Source: Anthoceros angustus (taxonomy: Eukaryota; Plantae; Anthocerotophyta). Taken from it: a DNA stretch of 64,000 bases. Shown here piece after piece: positions 37,550-51,130 of this stretch. The notes under the pieces were generated by a model. That model did no database searches. It had not been told where the DNA came from and was given only the letters and a program-made list of their open reading frames with translations. The DNA lies in NCBI GenBank assembly GCA_010909165.1, contig VJWM01000250.1:1-64000 (forward strand), read 5' to 3'. The stretch's first letter is position 1; every line of letters begins with the position of its first letter. The position numbers and the translations under genes are program-made.

Positions 37550-37800
37550 TGATTATTGCAGTAGGTGCTAGTGTGCATTTACGTCTACTCCAGTCCTTTC
37601 GCTGATGTAGCTGAGGATGGCGGACTACTTGCGTGTGTCTTGTGAAGAGTTTCTTTTTGTTGCACCTTTCCTTCTTGCAGTATTTAAGCTCGCAAGCTGA
37701 GCACAAGAATTATTTGCTCAAGTTTGCTGTTGTTCTTCTGTTTCTGTACACCTTGAATCTCTTAATACAAGAGTGTCTGAGCACCAAACTGCTGGCTCTC

Positions 37801-38208
37801 ATGTCGTCACGTGGACGATCTGTCCAGCCCCGGTTTGGTTCTGTGAGGGATCGGTTAGGTAGGTTCGCGAGGAAAGCAAGGCCGTCCTCGCCTAGGACAA
37901 CCGCCCTCGGCAGCGATTACCTCTGTCGTGGTACACGGGAAGGCGGTGGTCGCGGCCGCCCTAGGGGCTCGAGAAGCACCGCCTCGAGAGGTGGACACAG
38001 CTCTGCAAACATGGGAGCGCCTTCTCGCACCACTCCTGCGCCGTTGACTGAAAAGATTGCAAAACCTGCTGCAGTGGCGCCGAAACGTAAGTTGATGGCT
38101 GAAGATTTCGCATATTCTAATGACGAGTTGTATTCTTTCAATAAAGAGCAGCACCTCGAGGAGGTGGCCTGCGAGTTGTCAATGGACGGTGGGCTACTTG
38201 GAGCCTAG
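37801..38208 (+). CDS. 135-aa Arg/Gly/Ser-rich ORF, antisense to the adjacent PPT-LTR; function unknown (noisy copy ~41555-41880)
   Basis: ATG at 37801 to TAG at 38206-38208; basic N-half, KRK motif, acidic C-half. Confidence 0.3.
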   Translation: MSSRGRSVQPRFGSVRDRLGRFARKARPSSPRTTALGSDYLCRGTREGGGRGRPRGSRSTASRGGHSSANMGAPSRTTPAPLTEKIAKPAAVAPKRKLMAEDFAYSNDELYSFNKEQHLEEVACELSMDGGLLGA

Positions 38209-39512
38209 TGCTGTGTTGCGAGGTTGAGAGCATTGAGAATCGTGCAAGTCTCTTGTGGAGTGAATTGGTGAGGTCCTAGACCACTGGGAAGCCAGCACTT
38301 GTCGCTTCCTTAGTGGCTGCACAGTGAGAGGTGTTACTTTGTGGTATCAGAGTGTGGTCCATTCCTCCGAGTGATTAGAGAGTGCACAAGATGGTCAAGA
38401 AGAAGCGCAAGGAGAGGCTGAAGAAGTAGCAGTCTCCTGCCGATCATCTGCCTCAACCGCCTGAAGATTCATCATCGTCAGAAGAAGAAGTAAGAGCGCC
38501 ACCTAAGACCATAGCAGGCCCATCTGGAGAGAAGTCAGAGGACTGGAAGACAGATGGTGTAAGTACTTTATCAAGTTCTTCTAGGTGTCTTGGACGATGT
38601 GATGACTTCAAGGAAAAAAGCGAAGCAGAATCCACAGCCCACAACTCAACAAGGCAAAGATGCGGAAGATCAACAAGAAATCTTTCCGGCGTTCATGAGT
38701 AAAACATGGGGTTTTAGCGAGAGCAATTGAACCTGATTGTCAATTCGATGTAGTGCGGGTTGGGAGGTGCGGGCCTAGTTCACGAGCAGAGTGCACCATA
38801 CTATTTCCTTGTTGTTGCTATGAGGACCCGATACCGGCTTTGCTAGAAAGTGCAATTGTTGGTTGCTTTTACTTGACCATATCGGCCCTCCGACATCGAC
38901 AACATATCTAGAGGCGATTTTCTTGTATCTATGTCACCGCATAATCGTCATATAAACTTCTCTCTGTGGCTCCTTTCGATATGATTTTATGCCTCTGTGT
39001 CTTTGTTCCTTTCAAATATCTAAAGACTCGTTACACTTCCAAAGTGTTCTGTCCGTGGTTTTCGACCTGTGAGAACACTTGTGGCATACTACGGTCAAGT
39101 TGTATTAGCATAGATAGATAAGTTTACCAACTCCCTGTCGATAAGGTATCTTTGACATTTGATCCTTCTCAGTTTGTGTTTCAGGTGACATGCTTTTACT
39201 AAGTTCGATTCCACTTGGCAGGGGCGTGGCTGCAGGCTTCGCATCCTTCAAGCCAAGTTGCTCAATACTGTCTAAGAGTTAACGTGGTTCCTCGGGAGTT
39301 GGCATGGGGTAGCGGTCCTGACTGGTGACTGCGTTGATGGGATGGTAGTCCCCGCACATCCGCTTCTGTAGTCCACACGCCATTGTTGTCCTTCTTTGGC
39401 GATGCATGACGTTGCGGTATAGTCGAGCTGGAGGGCGAGCGAGGCCGGCTTCTAGGAGCTCGGACGCATCGACCATATTCCACAACATCGGGAAGTCGCG
39501 CTTTTCTCCATC

Positions 39513-40630
39513 TTGGATCTTGAGCCGGAGTACTACTTAAATATTGTTGGCAATTATCTAAAGGGCTATGCTTTGGTCTGGTGGAAGAATTATGGTGCTA
39601 ATGTTGCCTAGGGTAACCAAGCACATACCATCACAGACTGGGCATCTTTGAAAGAAGCCCTCAAGAAGCAGTTCCAACCTGTGAATGCTTCATATCGAGT
39701 GAAGCGGCAGACAATATCAAGCGGCGGTCTTGTCTGAGTGTGTAAGTACCTATAGTGAAGCTGTCATGCATTGCATTACCATGAGTGAGGATGATAAGCT
39801 GCATCGCTTCATGTCTGGTTTGAAAGACTGGGCTGCTAACAAAATTGAGTTGCATAGTCCAACTGCATTGGCAGAGGCCATTACAGTAGCAGATGCCATT
39901 CCAGATACTTTTCATTCTAGTACATCCAACTCCTCCAAAAGACTTCGAGGCAATACCCGTGGTCAATATGCCCATACTAGACAAAGTTCTAGTAATGCCG
40001 GAAGAGGAGCTGCCAAGAACTCTGCCGGAAATGGAATTGCAAAAGGAAATTTTTGCGGAAGAAATCGAGGAGCATGCAAAGGCCGCGGAGCTCAGAGAAC
40101 AGTCACAATGGGTTCTTAAAAAGGAGTTTGCTACTCATGTGGAGAGCCAGGACATTATGCAAATGAATTCCTGAATGCCGAATAGACTCTCAATGTAGCA
40201 AAAGGAGATCTAGAAGACTCAGGATCACAGAAGTGGCCAAATTTGAGGATCCCAAGTGACGGGATTGGCCACATGTTGTGAAGGCTATATGTGGTGAGTC
40301 TTAGAGTGCTGAGGACAGCACTATTCGAAGGGCGGGTGGAGAGCTCATGTACATACATGGATGTTTGAATGGAGCAGCAGTGAGGATGTTGCTTGACTTG
40401 GCAGCAACACAATTTCATTTGTCCTAGCAAGGCAAGCAAGCTTGGTTTGATATGGGCTAGTACATCTGAGCCATGTAGAGTGAAACAAGCATTGTGAAAC
40501 AAGCTAAAGAAATGCTGCAATACATAGGTGAATTACAAGAAGTGCATTTGCGATAATGAACTGGAAAAGCTTGTAGACATGGATGATCATGAAATCATCT
40601 TGGGCTTAGAATGGATGAAGGCCAACTCAC
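39513..40630 (+). mobile_element. Ty3/Gypsy gag and aspartic protease (best copy)
   Basis: LDLEPEYYLNIVGNYLKGYALVWWKNY, CITMSEDDKLHRFMSGLKDWAANKIELHSPTALAEAITVADA, LLDLAATHNFICPSKASKLGL. Confidence 0.8.
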
Positions 40631-42506
40631 TTGCAATCCAAGTGCAATTTGGCATGGATACGGTGGCGTCTCTTGGGCACCGGATAGTGCCTAGTGGCAT
40701 CATGCCTCGCCAAGGTTCAGCTATCCAACAAGTGAAGGAGCCACAGTGTCTCAAAGATCAGCATTCTTAGGTTTGTGCAACTACTGTACATCCCTAATTT
40801 CAGCCGGACAAGCCACTCAATGACATTACGCAAGGGATCCTCTCGAGGCCTTTTCGACCATTGCTGATAGCATTCGCTTGCGCACCATCTTTTCGCTCGT
40901 GGCTCCACAACAAAGGCAATGCCGGTCGGTGAAGAGGGGCTCCATATTTCCATCTTCACTCACGGCCTTCTCGGTCACCCGAGTAGTTCAAGTGTCGGTC
41001 ATGATGCGCTATATGCGTTACGCTCCTCCTTTTGACCCTATTCCGGTTAAGAGGGTGTTAGGGTTAAATAGTTAACCACGGTTAGTTAACCTCACATGGG
41101 GTTTATTAACCATGCCTTTTAGGGTCACTTTACAAGACCGTATATAAGACACACAATTTTGTTAATTACATTGTTTCTATACATGTTCAAGAAAAGAACT
41201 TAAACATTCATGCAGCTATATTTTATACTTCTTGAAAAGGCCTTAATTTAAACTATGACCAAAAAGTCATGTCTATTCATATGAGGTCATAACCCTAACG
41301 AAAGGGTATGCCTTTTAATAGTATTTCTATTTCACTATATATGCCTATGTAACTAAGCGTAACCCTAAAGCGTAATGGTCAACATTCATATACAGTTTAC
41401 ATTACGTTGGCGTCACTCCCTCTTGTTGATTATTGCGGTAGGTGCTAGTGTGCATTTACGTCTACTCGATCCTTTCGGACTAGGTGAGGATGGCGGACTT
41501 CGTACGCCCAGATCTCTTAATACAGAGTGTCACGAGCACCAAAGCTAGGCTCTCATGTCGTGGTGGACGATCATCCGACCGGTTTGGTTACTGTGAGGAT
41601 CGGTTAGGTAGGTTCGCGAGGAAAGCAAGGCCGTCCTCGCCTAGGACAACTGCCTCAGCTACGGTCGTGGCGATTACCTCTGTCGTGGTACAACAGGAAG
41701 GCGGTCGCGGCCGCCTCTAGGGGCTCGAAACCGCCTCGAGAGGTGGACACGGCTCTGCAAACATGGGGCGCCTTCTCGCACCACTCCTGCGCCGTTGGGA
41801 AAAGATTGCAAAACTGCTGCGGTGGCGCCGAAACGTAAGTTGATGGCTGAAGATTTCGCATATTCTAATGACGAGTTGTATTAGCATAGATAGATAAGTT
41901 TACCAACTCCGTCGATAAGAGTTGGTGTTGGTCAGCTAGGTATATGATGAAGCGACATAAGGTCTCGTTCTGTCCAAAATTTCCTGATCATGTGATCAGC
42001 TACTATAGTGAGTTTCATTCTCTGTTTGCCTACCCTTCCTTGTTGCTTTCGTAGCCTTCATGTCACTAACTCCTGTGACATCCACTCATGTGACTCCTGT
42101 GATCTTCCACTCCCTTACAAGAAGAGGAAGAGCTCAAATCTCATGACAAGATTTCCAATCAGGAGCGCAAGAGAAGAAATTCTCCCCTCTTTAATGAAAG
42201 TTTCACTTCTTCTTCTTCTGAGCATGATTCCATGGAAGAATCTGAGGAGACTAGCACTGAGTCTTACTCTCGTAGATCACCAAGAGACAGGTCTCATGAT
42301 TATGATGACTATGACGATGACTCTGAAGGCTACTAAAGCTTTTTGTTTTGTTTAGTTTCTTAGGGCGGTTTGGGACTCTCCCAGTCCCAAAGAACTCACA
42401 TGCCTCTCGTGTAGGTTCCTTCCAAGGGGCTTGGTAAAGACATCTGCTGGGTTTTCTGCTGTTGGAACATATTGTAGTTGAATTGTTCCAGCTGAAACCA
42501 AGTCTC

Positions 42507-43180
42507 TTATGTAGTGATATTCCACTTCCACGTGGTTAGTTCATGAGTAAAACATGGGGTTTTAGCGAGAGCAATTGAACCCTGATTGTCAATTCTGATC
42601 GTGGTGCAGGTTGGGAGGTGCAGGCCTAGTTCCTGAAACAAGAGTCTGCACCATACTATTTCCTTTGTTGTTGCTATGAGGACCCGATACTCGGCTTCTA
42701 TGCTAGAAAGTGCAATTGTTGGTTGCTTTTTACTTGACCAGCATATCGGCCCTCCAGCAATACTGACAACATATCTAGAGACTGATTTTCTTGTATCTAT
42801 GTCACCTGCATAATCAGAGTCTGTATAAACTTCCAGGTCTACTGTGGCTCCTTTCTGATAACAGTATTTTATGCCTCTGTGTGCTGTTCCTTTCAAATAT
42901 CTAAAGACTCGTGTAACACACTTCCAGTGTTCCTGTCCAGGGTTTTCGAGAAACTGTGAGAGAACACTTGTGGCATAGGCTACTTCTGGTCAAGTTGTAT
43001 TAGCTGCATAGATAAGTTTACCAACTCCCTGTCGATAAGGTATCTTTGACATTTGATCCTTCTCAGTTTGTGTTTCAGGTGACATGCTTTTACTAAGTTC
43101 GATTCCACTTGGCAGGGGCGTGGCTGCAGGCTTCGCATCCTTCAAGCCAAGTTGCTCAATACTGTCTAAGAGTTAACGTG
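42507..43180 (-). mobile_element. Ty1/Copia (family A) RT C-terminus and RNase H; noisy copy 38690-39260
   Basis: KPAATPLPSG...IPYRQGVGKLIY...PEVAYATSVLSQFLENPGQEHWKCVTRVFRYLKGT, YTDSDYAGDIDTRKS, WSSKKQPTIALSSIEAEY, IDNQGSIALAK. Confidence 0.9.
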
Positions 43181-43181
43181 G

Positions 43182-43945
43182 TTCCTCGGGAGTTGGCATG
43201 GGGTAGCGGTCCTGACTGGTGACTGCGTTGATGGGATGGTAGTCCCCGCACATCCGCTTCTGTAGTCCACACGCCATTGTTGTCCTTCTTTGGCAGCATG
43301 ACAGTCGCAGCTGCATAGTCAGAGCTGGAGGGCCGAACGAGGCCAGCTTCTAGGAGCTCCTGGCAGCGAGCATCGACCATATTCCACAACATCGGGAAGT
43401 CTGCCTTTTTCTCCATCTTGGATCTCCGGCAGGGGTTCAACCAGGTACCGGTGGCTAAGGAAGACATCTGCAAGACAGCCTTCCATGGCTCCAAGCAGCT
43501 GTGGGAGTGGCTGATGATGCCTTTCAGCTTCAAGAATCCGCCGATGACCTTCCAGCGCGTTATGGACACGGTGCTTTCAGGGTCTGCCAACTTGATGTGC
43601 TATATTGATGATGTCCTAGTACATAGCCTGGATTTTGAGTCGCATCTAACCCACCTGGAGGAACTGTTTAAGCATTTGAGGAAGGCCCAACTCACTTGCA
43701 ATCCAGCCAAGTGCGAATTTGGCATGGATACGGTGGCGTCTCTTGGGCACCGGATAGTGCCTAGTGGCATCATGCCTCAGCAAGGTTCAGGCTATCCAAC
43801 AAGTGAAGGAGCCCACGAATGTCTCAGCACTGCGAGCATTCTTAGGTTTGTGCAACTACTACCGGGTGTACATCCCTAATTTCAGCCGGACAGTCAAGCC
43901 ACTCAATGACCTGTTACGCAAGGGATCCTCTCGAGGCCTTTTCTG
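43182..43945. mobile_element. Ty3/Gypsy reverse transcriptase: N-part on minus strand (43182-43386), C-part on plus strand (43379-43945)
   Basis: Minus: WNMVDARCQELLEAGLVRPSSSDYAAATVMLPKKD...MCGDY...DRYPMPTPEE. Plus: IFHNIGKSAFFSILDLRQGFNQV...MPFSFKNPP...CYIDDVLVHS...KCEFG, FLGLCNYYR. Confidence 0.9.
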
Positions 43946-44163
43946 ACTGCTGATAGCCCCATTCCGCTTGCGCACCATCTTTTCGCTCAGCGTGGCTCCA
44001 GCAACAAAGGCAATGCCCAGTCAGGTGAAGACGAGGGGGCTCCATATTTCCATCTTCAGCTCACAGTCTTCTCGCGCCCGTCCTTCAGAGTAGTTCAAGT
44101 GTCAGTCATGATGCGCTTACATATGCCTGCGTTTACGCTCCTCCTTTTTGACCCTATTCGGTT

Positions 44164-44290
44164 AAGAGGGGGTGTTAGGGTTAAATAGTTAACCACAGTT
44201 AGTTAACCTCACATGGGTTTATTAACCATGCCTTTTAGGGTCACTTTACAAGACTGTATATAAGACACACAATTTTGTTAATTACATTAT
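44164..44290 (+). mobile_element. PPT and LTR start downstream of the Gypsy RT (copy ~41050-41170)
   Basis: AAGAGGGGG|TGTTAGGG at 44164-44180. Confidence 0.6.
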
Positions 44291-44339
44291 TATTGTTTGC
44301 TATTGCATATGTTCTCTATGACTAGCACTTTGTGTCAGG

Positions 44340-45208
44340 ATGAAGCATCGGCGTGCTATCGAGAGCACAAGGCGAGGTTGTTGAGCGGCACGTCTGGAAG
44401 ACCAGTGAGTAGCAATTCGAGCTCCGAAGGAACCAGTGCAGACGGAGCAGTGGCACCAAGTGGGCACGATCCCATCGAAGAGATGTTTGACATCTTCTGG
44501 CTGGAGTTTCCTGCAAGCACGGATGAGAAGATCTTCGAGCTGACAATATTCAAGATAAAGTCAGGCGAGACTGCGAAGGTGGGTTACCGAAGAATCGACC
44601 AGTTGGTACGTGACACCAAGATCATGAGTGACCGACTGGCTGCAGAGAAGTACTTGCAGGCATTGCCATATGCGCTGCGCATGAAGGTGCAACAAGCGGT
44701 GCACAGCACGAAGGGGCAACACCACACCCTCAAGGAAGTGTACGAGATGGATGACAAGATAGGGCCCACTGACAGTTTCTCTCGTGATGTTGCAAGTGAT
44801 CACTCCAGCACAAGTAGGAGTGGTGGACGACATGACCGATGCGGAGGTCAGAGTGAGGAGCTCGGCGAAACAAGCTAGCTCATACAGCCCAAGTGACAAG
44901 CCCCTGCATGAGGTGCCGAGGGACGGACCATTCCCCTCATGAGTGCGAGCATGCATTTGGAGAAGTCAAGGGTGAGGAGCCGTGCCCTAGTTGTAGGAGG
45001 TACGGGCACAATGAAGCGGCATGTTGGGAGAATCATCCGGAATTGCAGCCTATGGGTTACCGAGCAGCAACCCCGGCCAATGCATCTGCGTCAACCTCAT
45101 GCACAAAATCAGCAAAGAGCAAAGGCACCATGGAGGAGGCACTCTCCCTGTTCATGAGTTTATGTAAGGCAGATGATATCCGGCTTCTTGTATTTGACCA
45201 GGAGGTCG
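44340..45208 (+). mobile_element. Gypsy-type gag with two CCHC knuckles; host of the nested Copia, frame resumes at 54766
   Basis: LAAEKYLQALPYALRMKV; CMRCRGTDHSPHEC and CPSCRRYGHNEAAC (Cx2Cx4Hx4C). Removing the Copia and one TSD restores ...LLVFDQEVVHFDARVIVDVP. Confidence 0.7.
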
Positions 45209-48200
45209 TGTTGAAGCACATGCGCTGACGTAACTGGAGCCTAGTAGTTTAGAGCACGTTAAGCAATAGGGTTTAAGATAGAGCAGTTCAAGTAGTTTAA
45301 GTAGTTTTACTTACACGGTTATTATGAACCGTTATTAGCCTAAGCAGCAGTTATAACCGCGATATGTATTGGTATAAATACGTTTCGTTATCAATACAAT
45401 TTACCCTTTTTTGCTCAATTCTGCTTCCACTACATGGCATCAAAGCAGAAGAGTTCTGCCCCGTTCGGCTTCGCCCTCGCGCCCCGCGCTTGGCCTGCAA
45501 CGACCATTCGACATGGCGTGCAAGCGACGCAATGGCTGCAAGCCCCCGAGATTCTGAGCACCCAAGGATGCCTCGAAGGCACACCCCGGCGATCTACGCT
45601 CCTGCAAGAAATGCGCCCGCGCCGACCCTCACCTCGGTAGGTGACCCGGTGATTCTCACGGTTGCCTCAACAAGATCTTTCCTCAAGGAAACACACACAC
45701 GGATCAGACACGCTACCCTACCGACAGCAACCTCCCAAGACAAGAGTCTAACGTCTCTAACCTTCGTAGCCGTAGGTCCATTCCCACTCGTCTCCCATCT
45801 TCCATTTCTCCTCGCGAATTTCTGAACAGCCAACTCGTCCTCATCAAATCTCAAATGGAAGCACTCCACATTGCAATCACCAGCCTTGCTGCACAATCTC
45901 CCCAAGATTCAGAAGACCTCTAGGTCACTCCATGCCAAAGTTTGATCCTCTAGCCTCACACTCCACTAAGCTCATAGCCAAGAAGCCTACCGGTATCATT
46001 CAGAAGGGAACCATGTCAAGTAGCACCATTGTCACCACCACAAAGGTCGAGTTTCGTGACAGAGATCGTTTCAACGGAAACGATTACGATATCTGACAAA
46101 TGCACATCACTGCGCTTCTTGAGGAACATGACCTCATGGGCATTGTCGGGCAGCCATATGAGCCACGCTATCTCAACTCCGCCAACCCGCCATGTACAAG
46201 GATCCCATCTTTGTCAAAATTCCTTCACTTAAATGCCAAGACACAAAGCTCAACCAATTACCCTTCAACGACTCCTCTCCCACCAAAGCCAAGAGACTTC
46301 TTGAAGTTGTCCACTCGACATCTCGTGGACCCATGAGCACACTTCGCCTTGGCCATTTCTACTTTCTCACTTTCTTGGATGAATGGAGCCGTTATTGCCA
46401 CAACTATTTTCTTAGGCACAAGGATGAAGCCCTCCAATGCTTTCGAGAGTTCCTGGCACTTGCAGAAAGGCTTACGGGTTGTCAAGTAAGCACACTACGC
46501 ACAGACAACGCTGGCGAGTACATCAACCATGCCTTCCAGGAGTTCTGCACATCAAGAGGCATACATCGTCAGCCCACAATGCCATACACCCCGCTGTAAC
46601 CCCTTTGCCGAACGATGAACAAATCACTACTTGAAATTTCCGCCTTCCTCAAGTTTTCGCTGTCAAAAGATATTTAAGCGTCCACGCCAATTATCTTAAG
46701 AACCGACGCCACCAAGGAGAGGTTCCTGCCATTACCCTTATGAACGCTGGATGTGCAACAAGCCTCGTATTTCTCACTTGAGGATCTACTACGCCATGTT
46801 CTCGACGATATTCGAAGAAGTGGGATGACAAAGGCCAAAAGCTCCTGCTCACGGTTATTCGACCGCCTAAGGCATACAGTTTTTCACCCATCCACAAGTG
46901 TAACTCTATCCCACAGCCATCAACCGCTTCGAATCCTCCTGCAAGTGCCGACCAGATTGCAGCATGGAACAAGAAGGACAAACGCGTGCCAGAAGTATCC
47001 TTATCTCTGCCATCAATAAAAACATGCTGCAACACACCAATGGTCAAAAGATGGCTGATGTATGGAAGACATTTAACGATATCTTCCAAGCACAAAGCAG
47101 CATGTCTCTCATTAATGCAACTAGGCAATTCTACTCATTGCGAATGAAAGAAAGTGATACCGTAGAACAGCATGTGAATGTGTTCCGGTCTCTGAAAGCA
47201 AAACTTGCAGCATGTGGCACAAATGTCGCTGAGTTGCAAGCAGCGGTCGCCTTGCTATCTGCCACCTCCATACAGGACATTTGTAAGCTCTCGAGTGCGC
47301 TGGGCAAATTCAAGCTGATCCGGCACACGGTTTACACTTTCACAGAAGTAGTTGCGGCCCTGCTCGAGGAGGAATCGAGTCGCTTCGTCAACCCAAGATT
47401 AGCAGCATCCAGCAGCCATGCCTTGTTTATTTCAAGAGGACGCGGAGCACGAAGAGGTGCAGGACGTCCCAACTTCCAGCAACGTCGACCCTTCAATCAG
47501 TCGACACAATCATCATTTGGGAACTTCCGGTAGCAGAATCGCAGACCCACCAAGGGGTCATGCAATTGGTGCCATATTCCCGGCCATTTTGAAAACGAGT
47601 GCAGGAAGAAGCTTGCTGGAGAGCCACGTCGAGATGCACCTCGCAACGAATCACACCTCACCACTGCTAAGTCAAACTCACCTGCATCCATTCTTGCATT
47701 ATGTCTTACTCTCACGAGAACAGACACCAGCAGATGGTTTTTAGATTCTGGTGCAACGACACATATATGCAGCAGTAAGGATGCCTTCGAATCTTACCAC
47801 GATTCACCAGCTGATCAGCATGTACTGCTTGGAGACGACAGCGCTCTTCCATTGCTGGAACCGGAAACATTCCACTCCAACTATCAAACGGCGAGCAACT
47901 CCTCGTCACATGAGTTCTTCACGTGCCAATTATGACCAAAAACCTGTTGTCAGTCCGCAAACTTGCCATTGAACACAATCTGGTCATCACCTTTCAGGGT
48001 AATCATTGTCTTGTCCACAACTCTAGTGATCCATCTCAAGCCACACTCGCCCATGGTCTACCATACAATGACCTGTATCTACTCAACATCCAGTCCACAG
48101 CACTTCTCGTAGACAGTCAGCCACCAGCACCCAAGTACCCTCTAAGTTTGATTCCCTTCTCTGGCATTGTCGGGCAGGCCATATGAGCCCACGCTATCTC

Positions 48201-48339
48201 AACTCCCTGGCCAACCCTGCCATGTACAAGGATCCCATCTTTGTCAAAATTCCTTCAGACTTCTAATGCGAAATCTGCCAGTACACAAAGCTCAACCAAT
48301 TACCCTTCAACGACTCCTCTCCCACCAAAGCCAAGAGAC

Positions 48340-49020
48340 TTCTTGAAGTTGTCCACTCTGACATCTGTGGACCCATGAGCACACTCGCCTTCGGCGGCCA
48401 TTTCTACTTTCTCACTTTCTTGGATGAATGGAGCCGTTATTGCCACAACTATTTTCTTAGGCACAAGGATGAAGCCCTCCAATGCTTTCGAGAGTTCCTG
48501 GCACTTGCAGAAAGGCTTACGGGTTGTCAAGTAAGCACACTACGCACAGACAACGCTGGCGAGTACATCAACCATGCCTTCCAGGAGTTCTGCACATCAA
48601 GAGGCATACATCGTCAGCTCACAATGCCATACACCCCAGCACAGAACCCCTTTGCTGAACGACAGAACAAATCACTACTTGAAATTTCCCGTTCTCTCCT
48701 CAAGTTTTCTGGCCTGTCAAAAAGATATTGGGCCGAAGCTGTATCCACTGCCAATTATCTTAAGAACCGACTGCCCACCAAGGAGGTTCCCAGCGTTACA
48801 CCTTATGAACGCTGGACAGGCAACAAGCCTCGTATTTCTCACTTGAGGATCTTCGGCAGCCTAGCTTTCGCTCATGTTCCTGACGACATTCGAAAGAAGT
48901 GGGATGACAAAGGCCAAAAGCTCCTGTTCATCGGTTATTCTGATCAGTCTAAGGCATACAGGCTTTTCGACCCATCCACAAGGCAGGTAACTCTATCCCG
49001 TAGCGTCCATTTCCACGAAG
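48340..49020 (+). CDS. Copia integrase core, intact frame (noisy copy 46190-46920)
   Basis: VHSDICGPM, FLTFLDEWSRY, LRTDNAGEY, YTPAQNPFAERQNKSL, WAEAVSTANYLKNRLP, HLRIFGS, FIGYSDQSKAYRLFDP. Confidence 0.93.
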
Positions 49021-50139
49021 CCCCTCTCATTCATACATGTCTCCATTCAGTCTCCACTGCCACTCCTTTGCCTGACCCCAGCATCGCTGGTTTTCACCTG
49101 ATTCCCTTTCTAACCTTGAGGGGGACACATACAACCCCACTGATTATGCGCTTGACGAACTTGATGAGCTTGATGTACAAGGTCCGACAGGAAATCCACC
49201 AGCTCAAGTCCAACCGATAGCACAGGTCCCGCCAGTTCCCGTCCAGCAAGTTCAACCAGCAGCTCCAAACCAAGTTCCTCAGCATCCAAACAACACCCAA
49301 TTAGTTCCAGCCACCGTTCCCACCATCCAAGACCTTTTCCACCCTGAACCACTCGAGCCAGAGGTATTACCACAAACCCCAGTCCATGACTTACAAGCTC
49401 CAGTGCAGAATCTACCCAGAAGGTCAGGTCGTAATCGTTCTCCCAGGAGTGAATGGAAGGAACCACTTTATCAGCCATGTGACACACTCATCTCCCGAAG
49501 CACGGTTCAGGAGGAATCTTTCACACGGCTGGGGAACTTCACCGCCGGTTCCATCACCTTGTCGCTCAAAAGCTGATGATGCTACTCCAGTCAAGAAGCC
49601 ACCGGAATGATAAAAGGATGCTACACCGCTGTACAGGCATGAGAAATCGGGCCATCTTCGATTCGAAGCTTTCGCAGCTGCCGAGGGGAGGTTGAAGCAC
49701 ATGCGCCGACGTAATGGAGCCTAGTAGTTTAGAGCACGTTAACAATAGGCTTTAAGATAGAGCTCAAGTACTTTAAGTAGTTTTACTTACACGGTTATTA
49801 TGAACCGTTATTAGCCTAAGCAGCTTATAACTGCCATGATTTGTATTGGTATAAATACGCTTGCTATCACATAATTTACCCTTTTTGCTCACTGCTTCCA
49901 CCGCTGTGTCATTCCATTTTGATGCTCGAGTAATTGTGGATGTTCCAAACAGCAACAGAGCGCCTTGCCCTTGGGCGCCGAGGTCCGGGGCTCGACCTGT
50001 GCCGCTGGGCTCGGATCGTGATTGCAAGTCCTTTAGGGGCCCCACCCTCCCTCCTTGCTCCTTGGCATCCTTGTCGCCTTCCACAAATGCCATGGTTTGT
50101 CCATCTTTCATAGCTAACCTTGTTCTTCGCTTTCCGCTA

Positions 50140-51130
50140 TATGTAGATGATAACTTCATTTTTGACAGCAGCCCTGAAATCATCCAACGTGTCAAAGATT
50201 TGTTAGCGAAAGAGTATGAAGTAGTGGACTCAAGGCCAATCAAATACGCATTAGGTGTCTAGTTTGAGCATAATTCCTCAGACCACTCCTTCTTTATCCA
50301 CCAGCAACACTACATTGATCAGCTGCTAGATAGATTCAACCTTGAAGATGCTAGGTCTGTCTCAACCCCTGTAGTTGCAGGAGAGAAAGTGTCGGCTGAA
50401 GACAACCCTTCCACACCAGAAGAAACCAAGGAGATGGAGTTTGTGCCATATAGCGAAGCTGTTAGTAGCTTGCTATACTTGTCCATTTGGACTCGTCCAG
50501 ACATAGCACATGCAGTTAACATCACATCCAGATACATATCAAACCCTGGCAAGGCCCACTGGACGTGTGTTAAAAGAATCCTTCGGTATCTCAAAGGGAC
50601 CAGATCCGTAGGACCTTGCATACAAGGGAAATGGAGACAGCAGCCTTGTACTCACCTGTTTTTCTGACGCAGACTGGGCAGGTGACCCAGATGTTAGAAG
50701 GTCCACTGCAGCTTACTGTACAATGTTGAATGGATCAACCATATCTTGGGCATGCAAAAAGATGCAGACGGTCTGCCTCTCCTCCACAGAGGCAGAATAC
50801 GCTGCCACATCTTTTGCAGCCAAGGAAATCTTATGGATCCGCCAATTCCTGCAGGGCATAGGCCAAGAGTAGCATCAAGCAACTGATCTCAATTGCGACA
50901 ACGAATGAGCCATCGCAATGACTCTCAACCCTGTGCTGCATGCGAGGACAAAACACATCAAAATACAACATCACTTCATTCGTCAAGTAGTCAGCAGCAA
51001 GCAGATCACCCTCACTTATGTCAACACCAACGAGAACACGGCAGATCCGCTAACCAAAGGGCTGCCCCAAGGTCACCCATGAACGGCATGTGCAGGAATC
51101 GGCTTGGTGGCCAGAGAGACGTATCTGAGT
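50140..51130 (+). pseudogene. Copia RT C-terminal part and RNase H (noisy copy 53510-54100)
   Basis: LYVDD, VPYSEAVSSLLYLSIWTRPDIAHAV, WTCVKRILRYLKGT, FSDADWAGDPDVRRST, SSTEAEY; stops and frameshifts present. Confidence 0.9.

Noticed and set aside
45209-45672. Longer LTR ending at TCAACA (45667-45672)
   Set aside because: The PBS at 45435 and the TSD after CTACA in the 3' copies fix the LTR end at 45434.
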